Positions 37,006 through 51,182 of a DNA stretch of 64,000 nucleotides are shown here, one piece after another (positions within the stretch are counted from its first letter, which is position 1; every line of letters begins with the position of its first letter). A model generated the notes under the pieces. The model worked only from the letters and a program-made list of their open reading frames with translations, made no database searches and was not told the origin of the DNA. Source of the stretch: Eledone cirrhosa. Lineage: Eukaryota. The position numbers and the translations under genes were made by a program. The stretch lies in the NCBI GenBank assembly GCA_964016885.1, contig OZ024740.1, forward strand, positions 388,120,001 through 388,184,000, written 5' to 3'.

Positions 37006-40000
37006 GCAAAGTTTGGATATATAATTAACTTCCTATTCAACTGAACAATCATATAGATACATGGATATTAATGTTGTCAACAAAAGTTTCGTATTTACAG
37101 AGTGGAATGGATGTAACAGAGATTACATGAGAATTGTATAATAATTAAAGAGGCATTAAGGTAGAAAGTTACTCGTAAAACGAGGACACTAGCAGTACAT
37201 ATGCAAGCGTATAGAGAGTGCAAATGCGTTAGGCATATTCAGCTGTCCTGTATATGCCTCTTCAAGATTTAAATCAATAGTTATAATCAAACACACGTTT
37301 CCTCATCTACTAACTTTGTACATTCTCATTTAGAGCCAGTAATTTCCTTCCGATATTTGATGATCTCTTTTGATGGTTTCAAGTATTCAACATTTAAAAA
37401 TCATTCCTTTAAAGAATATGCGTTTTCATTTTCAAGGCTAAGCCAAATTCAGGTCTGATCAGTTCCTATCCCTAACAAATGTCAAGAGCGACGAAAATTC
37501 GAGCATTCCGTTCATATCATGTCCATTATTGATGATGCACATAGCAATATTCTACAATGCTTACATACATTGCTTAATCAGCTGATTGAAGAATATTAGC
37601 TTATCTACATGCTATAACAAAAAACGTCTCGCACACACTGTTTTTGTGATTTTGTTTGTTAAAATCTTTTGCACCACTGCCACAATGGACTTTATGTGTA
37701 TCAAGAAATATCCATCCATGCCATCTAATACACACCTCTCTTCTGTGCTAATTATCTTTATTGTAACTAGCAGAAAAACGACCCTTCGAGTGGTTTTCTG
37801 CTAGCATGTGTAGTGTGTATATTGATATTATACGCACGTATATATGCATGTAGATATGATACATCAAATAAAATCGTAATTGACAATATACACAGAACTT
37901 GAACGAAGACTGTGTTACATTGTCTTATGTAATCAGTAACGTAATCCATGATACATTAAAAAAAGACGATATTATATAAACTGGTTAGGAGAAAATTAGT
38001 GACGGAAATATATGAATGTTTATTTAAGCGATCGCTAACAGGAAGTGTTGACATTTGAACATTTTAAAGAAGTGAGTCTTAAAATAAACAACAAAATTAT
38101 TTATATTTAATCTAGAATAACGAAAATTAGTAGATAAATTATGTAATATTCATTCATTATTTATTCAAAGTAATCCAACTTATTTTACAAACGGGATAAA
38201 AAAATATATTCTGGACGCAGTCCTGCACTGCTTCCTTTATTATAATTTAGATAGAGAACAGTCCAATTAACCATTTCTCCTCACTAAACTGGGAACCTTT
38301 TGGAAAACTTTGCGCATTCGTAATTTCCTATTGGTGTTCACATAGACAGGTTCTAACTGAATATCGCAACAATCCAACATTACCAGTCTGTTAGGACTTG
38401 CAAATAGTATCGGTGTTGTCTTCCTTCTTTGTGAATAATTAATACAAATTAACATCATACAAAAGGAAATTAAACTAGATGATACTATCTTTAGCGATAA
38501 CAGAATTATCACATACTGAATATGCTACTTTGTCTCCAATCAAAGAGTAATAGAATGAAAGTCAGTAAAAGATAATGCATTCTAAGACAATAAAAAGAAA
38601 AGATAATATCAGACACAACCAGCTAATTATTTACTGATTGCTGAAATAAGTCTGACGTCAATTTTAAGAGCGAATGAGAAACAGACAAAATATAATTCCA
38701 ATGAGGATTTGTCTAAAATGGAAAACAAAAAATAAACAGTAACCCGAAATAACAAACATAAATACTATATTCAGAAGATAAAATCAGAAAGGTTAAAAAA
38801 TGTCAATGGATGTTGGAAATAATGATCTAAAACGAATATAATTTGGATACAACTAAACCACGAAAAAGAAACACTCATCCATAATGACACATATATAAAA
38901 ATAAGTACCTGACACAATTTAGTTTGCTTTTCCTATAAATTTCGTATAAATTTAAGAGTTCATTTATGCAACCAAATTGTAAACAGAATACATAGATTTG
39001 CTGTTGTTTTTGTTTATCTCGGAGATAGCTCTGATCAAGTAGGACTTACTTTGATCATGCAGTTATTTTAGACATATTTCATTTAGGTCTTCATCAATAA
39101 ATTGTATTCTTCTTTCCTTTCTTAATTAGATTTTTATTTTCTAAAATTTCGAGCCAGGCACAACAGCGGCTGGCTGTTAATATAGTAACTAGGACAAGTG
39201 CAATTAAGAATATTCATTGTAATGAAGGGTAATGGCTACTATAGAAAATCATATTAATATTTATTTTTGCATTGAACAACTGGTGATGATTTGCTGCGAA
39301 GAACATCAAATGTTTTAGATGTGTATTTATAGTTCTTTATCATTCAGAATATTTCTTTGGGACAAAATGTTTTCATAACTTACAGCTTTATTTCCTTATC
39401 GTTCCCTTCATTAATGCTTGCGAACTTTTCATTCTTTGAAATGGAAAAAAAAGAATGATGGAAGCAAGTATGCAAGAACGAACAAATAATAAATAAAGGA
39501 ATTTATAATTAAAATTAATTGAAATTGAAAATTTCGAATATAATATTAGATTTAATCTCCATAATAAGCGCGAACGTTTGTCTGAGTGTCTTCAAACAGT
39601 TTAAATAGTTCAAACAGTTCAAACAGGCCCAACATAATTTATAAATCTAAGAAAGATATTGTCATCTACGTCCTCCTGTGATAAAAAGAAAAACTAAAAA
39701 ATGGAAGGGGGAGTGATGCAGAGGTTGAGGATAAAATGACACTATTCTAATTTCATTTTCTGTATTAAAAAAAATTTTAAATTTGAAAATGTGTAATTTG
39801 CCTCGTCAATTTCTCTTCAATGTGTTTGAGCCTTAGTTTGTGTAAGCGTGTTGCAAGAGTTTTTATGAATTTATGTATATGCAATACTAGTTTGTATTTA
39901 GATGTGTATCCATGCAAAATTTGTTTGTGATTTCGAGTGTTGTATGTAATGTGTACAATGTGTGAGTGTTCGTGTGAAATTACGAATACACGCATTATAC

Positions 40001-40414
40001 TTCTGCTTGTACATGAAATCCTTGTTTATTCAAATCCTATAAAGCCCCATTCAAGGGAATGACTGACTACTGAATTTCGTGGTCATCTCCAGGCATCAGC
40101 ATTGTAGCGCCATATATCCTGAGTTTGTTAGGCAAGTGCTGCCCACCCAACGAAAATGATGAATTTATCAACAATATTTATGTTATTCAATAATATAATC
40201 ATTTAATATTATCATTTAATATAAATTAAAGTTAATTGTTATCTCCCTGGTAGTGAAATAGTTGGAAGTTTTTTTTTCTAAGCTATTATATTTGTATCAG
40301 GACATGTATTGGTTTGAGGTAGGATGTAAGGTATGTGACAACTATATCCACTGAAGGTAAGTGACATTCCACCAGTTTACAATCACACTGTGTAATACAG
40401 CACAACTTTGATGT

Positions 40415-41240
40415 TTGAGAGTGTTTGTTATGAGTGTGATTTTAAAAAGCAAACAGTTTCAGACATTCACAAGAGTAAGGAGAAAATCAATGGAATTCTT
40501 GTTGAAATATTATGTTCACGCAAATTCTACACATTCATCTGGTAGTGCAAGGAAGCGTATGAGAATCTTAACCCTTACCTTTCTCAAGGATGCAGTAAGG
40601 AAATGGTCTATCCATCAATGATTCTGTTATACCAAGATTAGTGGTGAAGAAATATATGTTGTTGCTGCCAAGTTAGTTGGGCAGATGTCAATCAAGAAGT
40701 TTGAAACTAATGATTGTTGATATAGAAATCGCCATGTGATGTGTAATGAAATGTACCTTTGCGAAGCTGACAGCGCACTCTTTTAGTCTTTTACCTGTTC
40801 CAGCTATCCGGCTGAGGCCAGCTATCCGGCTGAGGCCCTTACTAACTGAAGAAATCAAATTATTCATTGGAAAGGACTCCTAATTTTCAAAGTGTACAAT
40901 GAGGAAGAAATTGTGTATTTTTGGCGTTGACTGCCCCGCAACAACAAAGTTTTCAAGAATGATGGCTCTATAGGTGGTCGTAAATGAATACAGATCATTG
41001 TTCGATGCTTCAATAATCTGCGAGTTTTTAGTTAATGCACTTTTACTCATACAATATTACTATACAAAGAAATGCCGGTTGAAAATGGTTATTTTGATAG
41101 GTCGTTGTTTCCGCATTTAATTCACCGTGCGTAGCGTAAATATCAGAAGAATATTCTAAACATTTCTGCAGATGATATACTACCATACCCCAGCCAATTG
41201 TTTCTGGTGTTATTGGAGCCTGTAAGTGTTTATTCCAACA
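40415..41240 (+). pseudogene. Tigger/pogo-like transposase fossil (psq-HTH, CENP-B HTH, start of DDE domain)
   Basis: KQTVSDIHKSKEK; RKRMR..L.DAVRKW..Q..ISGEEI..AAKL..F....RNRH...EADSA; VYNEEE..FWR*LP. The 3' boundary is uncertain. Confidence 0.7.
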
Positions 41241-42656
41241 ACGATGAAAGCGAACAATCTTTTAAAAACCTATCGACTTCAAACATTCAGCACAGAATGT
41301 TACCAATCTAACTACTGTTTGAAAAAGGCTTATATTTGATGGAGAGGTAGAATACAATGTTCCCAAAATTGAGGCAAGAAATATTTATCGTATACTTTAT
41401 AGGACTGACAAAAACAAGTGTTACACAGGAGGACATCAGGCGCAGTTAACAAAAGAAGAAATAGAAAGTATACTTAACATTGTTGACAGCAAAGATTTTT
41501 AAGAGGATAAAAATTGCGAAGCAAATTTTAAGAAATGCCAAATCACTGTTAATGACACTTCGTTCTTTGAATTAGCATCACAAACTCATTGTCAGCTACA
41601 TTATGGACGTCTTACAGTCATGAAGGAACACGTGAAATCAAAGTAGGATTATGCCGGTAAATACCGTAATTCGATTCATTCTTGAAGTCAAAGCGTTTCG
41701 AACATTCAAGAGCTGAGTCTTTGAGTCAGGCCCTCGACAATCACGTCAGAATTATTCTTTCATGCGTGTATAATATTTAATACTAACATCGATTAATTCA
41801 CAAAGTCAACCCCAACAGATGTCCATCTTCTCAAATTCCAACGATTAAACGAGGATTCGCTGCATTTATATGATTTACGTGTGAATATGCAGTTCTGTGT
41901 ATATTGTTTATACAGCTATATGCAAAAGTGGGTTTGGTGGGGGTATTTGTATGATGTAGAATTCCATGAATTCCATCTACAAGCCTTTCTCTTTATATAA
42001 AAACATATATATAGGAGTCCCAGGTTCAATCGGGAGTAACTGCAGTTAAAAGGTACTCAATACATTATTATAATGTAAACATCAAGTTCTAGTTCTGTAG
42101 AAGCCATTTCTGTATTAAACTTGATATATATATGCATATATAAACTTCTGTTTTGTTATTGCAAATTCCTTCCCATTTTTAGTATTGAAATATGAGATTT
42201 AACCATATATAGGTGTGTGTTTGTTTGGGCTTGTGTGTGTGTATGTGTCTGTCTGTATGTACTGTTGTGTTTTTTTTAGCATGTATATATGTGTCCGTCT
42301 GTGTTAATCACATTTATCGGTTATTGAAATTATATATTCATGCAGACAACGCAGAATTATAATGCGTCTCCTTCAACAACTTTGCCGCTAACTTACTACT
42401 TTATTTTCCGGGCAAAGCATTAACACAACCAAGGGCAATACATATGCTCTGTTTGAGTATAAATGTTGTCCACTGTAATTCGCAATGTATAATTTCGAAG
42501 TCAACATTATCATAATTAATGAAATTGTGTGAGAATAAAAAATATAAAAAATATAAATAAAATTATACCATTAGAAACGTATATATGAAAATATAGAAAC
42601 GAAACTAATTGAGGTAATGAGTAACAAAAGAATGAATATGAAGATATTGAAATAAT

Positions 42657-42813
42657 TGTTTCTACTTTAGGCACAAGGCCAGCAATTACCCAGTTTATTA
42701 CTGGTACTTTATTTTATCGACCCCGTAAGGATGAAAGGCAAAGTCAACCTCGGTGGGATTTGAACTCAGATCGTAAAGGGACGTAACTATGCTGGAAAGC
42801 ATGGCGTCCGACC
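42657..42813 (-). mobile_element. 5'-truncated S1 SINE with 19-bp TSD
   Basis: ATGAAGATATTGAAATAAT at 42638-42656 and 42814-42832. Confidence 0.9.
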
Positions 42814-42894
42814 ATGAAGATATTGAAATAATCAGATATAAATAGCTGTAAGAGAATTCACGATAAAACAATATAAGGTAAGGATAAAGACAAT

Positions 42895-43217
42895 CTTCGG
42901 TCACGAATGACCATGGGATCTGCGCCTAGAAAGTTCCACCCCAAAGCACAAGTCCGGGAAAGGCTGTTTGTGGAAGACAAGCAGTCGCTCATGCATATCA
43001 GTCTCTCCCTCTCCACGCCACTGGTGTTGTCCAAAGGAAAGGCAATGGCCGATACAGGTTGGCACCAGTGATGCCACAACTCATTTCTATAGCTGAGTGA
43101 ATTGGAGCAACGTGAAATAAAGTGTCTTGTTCAAGAACACAACGCAAAAGCCTGGTCCCAGAATCGAACTCACAACCACCCGATTGTAAGCCCGACGCTC
43201 TAACCATTAAGCCATGC
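42895..43217 (-). mobile_element. Second tRNA-derived SINE family (S2)
   Basis: Minus strand tRNA-like head TGGTTAGAGCG..GAGTTCGATTC, then a GTGTTCTTGAACAAGACACTT core. Confidence 0.75.
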
Positions 43218-44261
43218 ACATATATATGAATATAATATAAAAAGGGAAAGAAACGATGACGGGCAAACGAAAAGGTTAATCTAAAGTCAATGGAAGTAAT
43301 CAAAAGAAAATGTGTTATAATAGAACTTCTTAGAAGCGTTATTGAGAAAAGGATTTATTATAATACACATTGAAAAGAAATTCATTGATATGCAGGAAAT
43401 CACTGAATTAAAAATTATGGTTTAATATTCTTCAAAGATAATAGTGTAGGAGATACAGATATACAGAAGAGATAATCTCCCTCATCTGAATGGAGTTTTA
43501 GAGAATAAAATAATAATATCGGTTGATATAGAAGATGATAAATGTCCTTTATTTCAGCAGAATCAGGATGTTCTGTAATCTTGAGTGAGTTCTTTTCATA
43601 TGGAATTGTAAGATATAATTCTACATCAAACTAGCATTTTTATAACCCTGGATTAAAATGGTTTAAGGCGCTTAACTAAAGGTAATAAGCACATCATTAA
43701 AATGGATACAAAAGTACGCCACCCGATTGTAAGCCCGACGCTCTAGCGATTAACCCATGCAGCTATATATAAATATAATATAAAAAGGGAAAGAAACGAT
43801 GACGGGCAAACGAAAAGGTTAATCTAAAGTCAATGGAAGTAATCAAAAGAAAATGTGTTATAATAGAACTTCATAGAAGCGTTATTGAGAAAAGTATTTA
43901 TTATAATACACATTGAAAAGAAATTCATTGATATGCAGGAAATCACTGAATTAAAAATTGTGGTTTAATATTCTTCAAAGATAATAGTGTAGGAGATACA
44001 GATATACAGAAGAGATAATCTCCCTCATCTGAATGGAGTTTTAGAGAATAAAATAATAATATCGGTTGATATAGAAGATGATAAATGTCCTTTATTTCAG
44101 CAGAATCAGGATGTTCTGTAATCTTGAGTGAGTTCTTTTCATATGGAATTGTAAGATATAATTCTACATCAAACTAGCATTTTTATAACCCTGGATTAAA
44201 ATGGTTTAAGGCGCTTAACTAAAAGTAATAAGCACATCATTAAAATGGATGCAAAAGTACG
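43176..44261. repeat. 543-bp tandem duplication
   Basis: 43176-43718 is repeated at 43719-44261 with few differences and CCA microhomology. Confidence 0.92.
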
Positions 44262-44788
44262 CCATTTGCTGGGATTGAACTAACTTAAAATACTTCTCTG
44301 GCACATATTTTATAGGCCACCGAATTTGACCGTAACAGGATTTGATTTGGGAACGGAAAGCGATGCAAACAAATGCCGCAAAACATTTTGTTTGCTACAT
44401 TAAATATGATGTCACGAAACCTCCCATGTCTATACAATTTCAAACGCAAATTCCTTGATGACTGACTACAAATATTGCTGTGAATCCATCATTCTCTCAG
44501 TCCAATGATTCTCATTCGAAACGAAAGAGTTTCGCCATTGTGAGCAATTGCTCTTTCAATTACACCAGTAAAATTATATATTTACGTTATCTTTCTGATA
44601 AAGGTAGCCATATTACATACTTACACAAACATACACCACACACACACACACACGTTGCACCCATATATATATATATATATATAGTACTAATGTTATTATA
44701 TATGATGTGTTCTTGCTATGTTGACCAGGAAAACCTCACATCAGGGTATGCTCGATGCATATTTAAATGCAGTATGTGTGGGTGTAGT

Positions 44789-44912
44789 CCCTTTACGATC
44801 TGAGTTCAAATCCCGCCGAGGTTGACTTTGCCTTTCATCCTTACGGGGTCGATAAAATAAAGTACCAGTAATGCACTGGGTAATTGCTGGCCTTGTGCCT
44901 AAAGTAGAAACA
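44789..44912 (+). mobile_element. 5'-truncated S1 SINE with 18-bp TSD
   Basis: AGTATGTGTGGGTGTAGT at 44771-44788 and 44913-44930. Confidence 0.92.
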
Positions 44913-45122
44913 AGTATGTGTGGGTGTAGTAATTGGTAAATCGCAACTGAGGACCTATTCGGTTAGGTTTCCCAATTACTATACATACATATAGACAGGG
45001 TGGCCCAAAAGTCACACAGGAGGTTTAGCTTTTATTAATTTCCTGAATTGTACAGATTGATGTGATGTATGACATTTTGAAACAACGTAAAAGACAATGG
45101 AAATTATTTTGCACTCATCAAT

Positions 45123-45161
<39 letters not shown>

Positions 45162-45202
45162 TATATCAAAATGAAAATCCAAAGACAAGGTAAAATTCCA
45201 AT

Positions 45203-45286
45203 CATTTAATCACGACACGTTTCAATAAGAGATAGATCGATTGTGAAGCTATGATCGATTATCACTGATCTCATCAGGTGAAAATG
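45203..45286 (-). ncRNA. Type I hammerhead (family H8)
   Basis: Minus strand: TCAC-CTGATGA-[47 nt, ATCGAT/ATCGAT stem]-GAAA-CGTG-TC-GTGA. Confidence 0.75.
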
Positions 45287-46651
45287 AATTGTCTTCAAAT
45301 TCTTGATATGAGGGAGAAAAAATAACGATGTTCTCTCACAGAATTCATTCCCTCATATGGAGACACACCAGTCAGTCAGAGACAAGGCGACTGCTATTAG
45401 CTTTAGTTGAGGTCATAAAAGTTTTCAGATTTCTATCGCTGCAAAAGACGCTGGACATCAATCAAATCTGTAGGGATACAGTCAGTCACAGTTAAAAGTG
45501 AGTGGATACACATACACTCCACACCTACATACATCGGCTCGAGGTCAAAGAAAAATATATACATATATATACACACATCAACACAGTATTAAACCCGTAG
45601 AATTAGCGTGGGTGGGTACACACACACTTTCACACACACCGAAGCGATGTCCGAGGAAAAACATATATAAGAATGTACCAACACAGCACTCACCGAAAAG
45701 TTACTTCGCAAAGCAACAGAAGCCATGTCGGTCAAATCTCAATTTGACGATGTAAATTGGAAATATTGGGTTAATCAACGCTACACACATACACACACAC
45801 ACACGCGCGTGCGCGCAAGTCAGTTCAGTTCAGTGTTCTGCTATACGTGTATAGATTCAATTGTAACATCCATATCTTCAAGTGTGTGTTATGGTATATG
45901 GTATATACACATCCGACCCCCCCCCCCCCCAAAAAAAAATGTGGGGGGGGGGGTATGTCCGGGTATATACACATCCATGTGAAGAGCAAGCAATCAGCTC
46001 ATGTCGAACTCCTTGTGTACCGTTGTCCAGTTGAGAATCCGAGTCACCAAATCCGTGCGTGCAAGCAACTTCAATGTGGGCCGGCAAAGGGCTCCGTGTA
46101 GGGTTGTGTATTGGGTAAATGCGTCCGCAAGTGCGATTTCCCGTCACATGGGCCAATGAGCTTTTAAGATAGTTGTTTGAGTGGTGGAGGTGTGTTATCC
46201 AACACACAAGGTGAAGTAAGAAAACACAGGGCAGTAAAATCCAAAGGATGTGTGTAGGCCCATTAATGGTGTGTCAGTATCGTTGTTCAATCCGTAACAG
46301 TGAGTCCTCCATGGTTAGATGATCACGCATCAAAACCTGGTGTAGTGTTCAGTCGGTAGGAACGTGACAGTCGTAAATGTGGGAGCTCAATGTCTAAAGG
46401 AAGCGGGTACTGTGTGTAGAGCTATGTATAGGGAGCGTAATCGGTCCTAACTAAGTGTGTAATCAATCTAACTATTTACTAGCTAGGTATTCTACAAGAG
46501 AGCACTCAGCTGTGAGAACTCCGTGGAAACAGGCCGAGTATCGTTTGCAAGTGCGCAAACAATCTTAGCTGTCTAACAACCTAAATGTGTCACTGTCCGT
46601 TTATTGAGAGAACTCTAGGGCTAAAATAGAGAGGGAGGAGTTATTGGTAGG

Positions 46652-47160
46652 TTACCTTCCAAAAATTCCGCGGAATGTTTTCGAGGTTCTATGTTGACAG
46701 TTGCTGAAAAAATTTGCTCTTCTATTAATTAATAGGGGGCCGCCTCTAATAATATTGAAAGTTTCAGCTATACATAAATTGCAGACGCCAGTGCTGCCGT
46801 TATAAGGTTGGGCTGAACAAACTATGGACCAGGATAAGGAGTGCTCTATATTCTGATGTTTAAGCTTCCAGACTAATTCCGAAAGTGCCATGCTATTTTT
46901 CTTATCTAATCTATTAAAGGTATGGTGGTGATTATGCCATCTAACCTTAAATTCCGTGGCAGTTGCCCCAACATCCCTAAAGGTTCTATTAGGAGTGGAG
47001 ACCTTACAGTCATAGACTATGTTTTTGGTAAGGCATTTCCTAGCCATGGGGCAGGTGGCGGTGCTTCTGCAGTTACATTTTTTGCTATCGATCTGGGTGG
47101 TTTCGGATGGGCCACGGTACCTTTGGGGTCGGGTCTCAGTTCCAGTCTGCTCTATGTGTA
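46652..47160 (-). pseudogene. PLE GIY-YIG endonuclease remnant (CNC..CP..C / C.LC..E type, possibly Naiad-like)
   Basis: KKCNCRSTATCPMARKCLTKNIVY..VGATATEFKVRWHNH..LSELVWKLK..WSIV..CNLCIAE..LIN.R....CQH. Confidence 0.82.
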
Positions 47161-47169
47161 AATTCCCTT

Positions 47170-47255
47170 CATTTTCACCTGATGAGATCAGTGATAATCG
47201 ATCATGGCTTCACAATCGATCTATCTCTTATTGAAACATGTGTCGTGATTAAATG
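47170..47255 (+). ncRNA. Type I hammerhead (family H8, inverted copy)
   Basis: CATTTTCAC-CTGATGA-..-GAAA-CATGTG-TC-GTGATTAAATG. Confidence 0.75.
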
Positions 47256-47321
47256 ATTGGAATTTTACCTTGCCTACGGATTTTCATTTTGATACTTATA
47301 CTCCGTTTTACATCATCTAGC

Positions 47322-47431
47322 TGTTCCCTCGAATGGAATTGGAGATATACAAAAGCGTAGAGAACTTAATATTGCTAACATAAAGTTATTGGTCCATTTT
47401 ACACAACCAATGATGCACCTTACTATATAAC

Positions 47432-47503
<72 letters not shown>

Positions 47504-47504
47504 C

Positions 47505-47542
<38 letters not shown>

Positions 47543-47637
47543 AGGTGCAATATTGGTTGTGAAAAGTGGTCCAATAACTTTATGTTAGCAATATTAAGTT
47601 CTCCACGCTTTTGTATATCTCCAATTCCATTCGAGGG

Positions 47638-47641
<4 letters not shown>
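47322..47641. repeat. ~105-bp inverted repeat centred on (TA)n
   Basis: TGTTCCCTCGAATGG..CACCTTAC is mirrored after the TA tract. Confidence 0.88.
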
Positions 47642-47671
<30 letters not shown>

Positions 47672-48257
47672 AACCAGTAAGACCCCGACAGCTGAGCTCA
47701 AGCCGTTTCGACGGCTAATTCTGGACTAAACGAAAATGTATCCTGGTATTTAAATAGCCGATCTTCTCAAGGGGTAATTCCATATATGGTCAAAGTGATT
47801 GTCAAAAATCAGTAGTAATTCTGTGGTTGCAAATTAGTAGGGGAGATGGTGGCTAAACCTGCCAGTAGGAGAAAGAGGGGAGGGGGTGGAGTAGCCCCAA
47901 TCAAGCGTTTGTAGTGCCAGCTACAGCTGGGCATGAGGTCAAAGAAGATACAGGGGAGGGGGGGGAAGTCGGAACGGTAGGTAGAACAATGGGGGGTAGA
48001 AATATATAGGAAAGAAAAAATACTGAGAGTGAAGAAAAGCAAATAAGTGTAAAGAAAAACAAATGAGTGTAAAGAAAAAAGTAAAGTAAATTAAATTCTA
48101 CGACCTAGGTCTCTAGCTATTGTTAGTCTAGAATAAATAAATAAATAAAGAAAGAAAGAAGTAAAGAAAGAAATAAAGAAATAACGAAATAAGTAAAATA
48201 AGTATTGAGTACTTTGGTGCGTTATGGTCCACCTGGTTCCTTACCACATTTCCTTCG

Positions 48258-48340
<83 letters not shown>

Positions 48341-50099
48341 TATACATATATATATATACATATACATATACATATATATATATGAATAAAATCTCAACAC
48401 AAATAAAAACATTATAAACAGTTACGCCCCATGTGTGACTTTTGCCCCCCCCCCCCCCCCTGTGCATACATACATACTAACATACATACATGATGGCTGC
48501 CCCCTCGTTATCGAGTATGGCCATTGCACGATATAGAATTATTAATAATTATTAATTAATTCTATCGTGCAATGCTTGTGCGTGAAGATATTTTTTAAAG
48601 TGAGAAAGTCTGTGCACTGAGCCAATCCCACTCTCTGAGCGACAGTAGCTATAACCCGAAAAGAAGAAAAGATCAACATCATCGGTAACTACTGAGCCAC
48701 AGGTTTTATATCGGAGTTATTCTAGTTTCCTGAGTTCTCTTCTCCTAGAAGAATGCCCTGACAAAGGCTAGGGGCCCCTTCACTCCCAGTGGTTTAACAG
48801 CGTGATCGGGTATCCAGCCCGAATATTTCTATGTCCCCGCGCATATACATACATATGTACATGTGTATATACATATTTACATACATATATACATATTTAC
48901 AGGCTTTTGGATGGCCGTTGACCCTTATGAGTTCTTCCGCCCTACATAAATACATACATACAGACATACATATGTATCTATCTGTTTGTCTGTCTGTCTA
49001 TCTCTCTATCTCTCACTTGCTCTCTCTCTCTCTCTATTTATCTATATATCTATCTACCTATCTATCTATCTATCTATCTAATCTAATAAACGCATTGAGT
49101 ACTAATCTGATATATGTGTATATGTGACTCTGTATCTCTTGCGTGCATATGTATACGTAGACACACATATGTAGACGTAGACACACGTACGTAGACGTAG
49201 ACGCACGTATGTAGACGGAGACGCACGTATGTATGCATATATTTGCGTATGTTTGTACGTACATAAGTATTATATGAATTTGAAGCTTGCTATGAATTTT
49301 CTTTATCAAAACCTATATACTACATTCCAATACCATCTGACATAATGTAAATTATTTTTATTTTGCCTCATCCGTTTGTAATAATATCTCTTTAGAGAGA
49401 TTGTGTATATAATCCAGTTAACGTTATGATATTGCTCTGTATCGGCAATATGATAAATGGTTTGGAAATTCGTTTCGCAATGAATGTGTGGTATCTTGGG
49501 CAAGTGTCTTTACTACAACCTTGAGTGAACCCAAACCCTGTGAGGGACATTGGTTGACGGGAAATGTACGCAAGCTTGTCATTCAAAGGTCTGGCCCCTT
49601 CACATATTGTATCACACTGATTTGACTTGGGAATCTCGTTAGGGATACACTTGTCTATGGATGTTGCAGCCACCAACAGTTTAATTAGAGAAGCGGACCT
49701 TCAGTTGGCCAAATACGTGAAATTTCTACGATAAAACAGCTGAGGAAAAACTATAGCGTGTTACAGATGTATAATATTAATGACAGACCAGTATACACCA
49801 ACGTTTATATGATAGCACCTACCGTCGGAAACCACATAGTTGGTCGAGCATTTATAGTTATAGCTCGTCGGAGTAGAAGATTAATTCAAAATTTACAAGA
49901 ATGTGGGTGTATACTACAGGATTACATTAACCATATAAGGTGGCACTGCGTGTTGAAATTAATTGAATTTAATGAATGAATGATTCCGAAAGTTCTGATA
50001 GAGTCGTAGTGGCATCGTTCCTTGGGCATTTGAAGCCTGGCGGAGCCCATCCCGCTCCAAGCCTGAATAAAGCAAATTTCTTTCAGTGAAAGATAGAAA

Positions 50100-50295
50100 A
50101 TGAGATTGAGGACATGAGAAAGAGATATAGAGAATTATTCGACCCACGGTATTAGACTGGTACTTTTTTATCGACCTCGAAAGTATAAAAGGCAAAGTTG
50201 ACCTCGGTGGGATTTGAACTCAGAAAGCAGAAAGCCGGAACGAATATCACAAAGCATTCTATCCGACGTTCTAACGACTCTACTAATTCACTGCT
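50100..50295 (-). mobile_element. Diverged S1-type SINE
   Basis: GGCAAAGTTGACCTCGGTGGGATTTGAACTCAG core. Confidence 0.7.
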
Positions 50296-51114
50296 GATAT
50301 ATTTCATAGCGCACTAAAAAACGGATTATCTCATCTAGGCTCAAACTTCGTTTACTAATCTACAACTCACTACATTTCTCTACCTGTCAAGGGTGGCATT
50401 ACATTTATAGTCAATATCAGTAACGGGTTCATTAAAACGGAGACAGCTATTTGCATCATTGAAGTATTCTTCGCAGTTAGTTGATTTTGTAAATTACTAG
50501 CTTCTTAGCAATGCTTGTTTTTGATACTATGATATGCAACATATAAAACTAATAGATGTATCCAGGCAATTTCCTGGAACATTAATGGAAATGTACTGTT
50601 GCAAACAACTACAAAACTAATGTACAATCTCAAACTGTAGTGAAAATAAGGCATTAAATATATTAGTTTCTGTTTCTGTTGATATTTGGCAAGAAACTAA
50701 CAACTTTCGAATTAACTATCCACCTAGCATTTGTATTTAAATCGGCCTTCATATTTGCATATTAATATTTCGTCTATATTTTGATATCAAAATGCTTTCA
50801 TAGTTGTTCACACTGTGAGGAATTCTATATGGAATTGTAGAGCTATCGACTAATATAGTCCTATCTATTTTTGCTTGCCCGAATCCATACTAAATGTCAT
50901 ACGGCAACCGGTGAAGAATTTTAAATATGACGTCCACGATACATTTACGATCCTATGCTATTTTGTTAGCACTGCTGAGAACATAACAAATTATGGTGAA
51001 AATGGAAACGTGAAAACTCTAAAATATACGTGAAAACGTGAAAACTTCTAAAATATACAGTGACTGATCGGCCTGATTTGCATATTAGCAGACTGGTTGA
51101 CCAGTCAGATCTGC

Positions 51115-51176
<62 letters not shown>

Positions 51177-51182
51177 TATATA

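Larger units (their letters stand above)
45164..47294 (-). mobile_element. 5'-truncated Penelope-like element with an inverted terminal HHR repeat
   Basis: GIY-YIG remnant plus long 3'UTR; 45164-45287 mirrors 47169-47294. Confidence 0.85.

Noticed and set aside
32400-42600. Host gene exons in the less repetitive intervals
   Set aside because: No recognisable protein motif beyond the two transposase fossils; small exons cannot be excluded without RNA data.
43150-43217. Possible tRNA gene
   Set aside because: It is a tRNA-like SINE head that runs into a SINE core, with no convincing acceptor stem.
46652-47160. Selenocysteine recoding, as reported for some Naiad PLEs
   Set aside because: The upstream Cys motif uses TGT/TGC and the ORF has no in-frame TGA.
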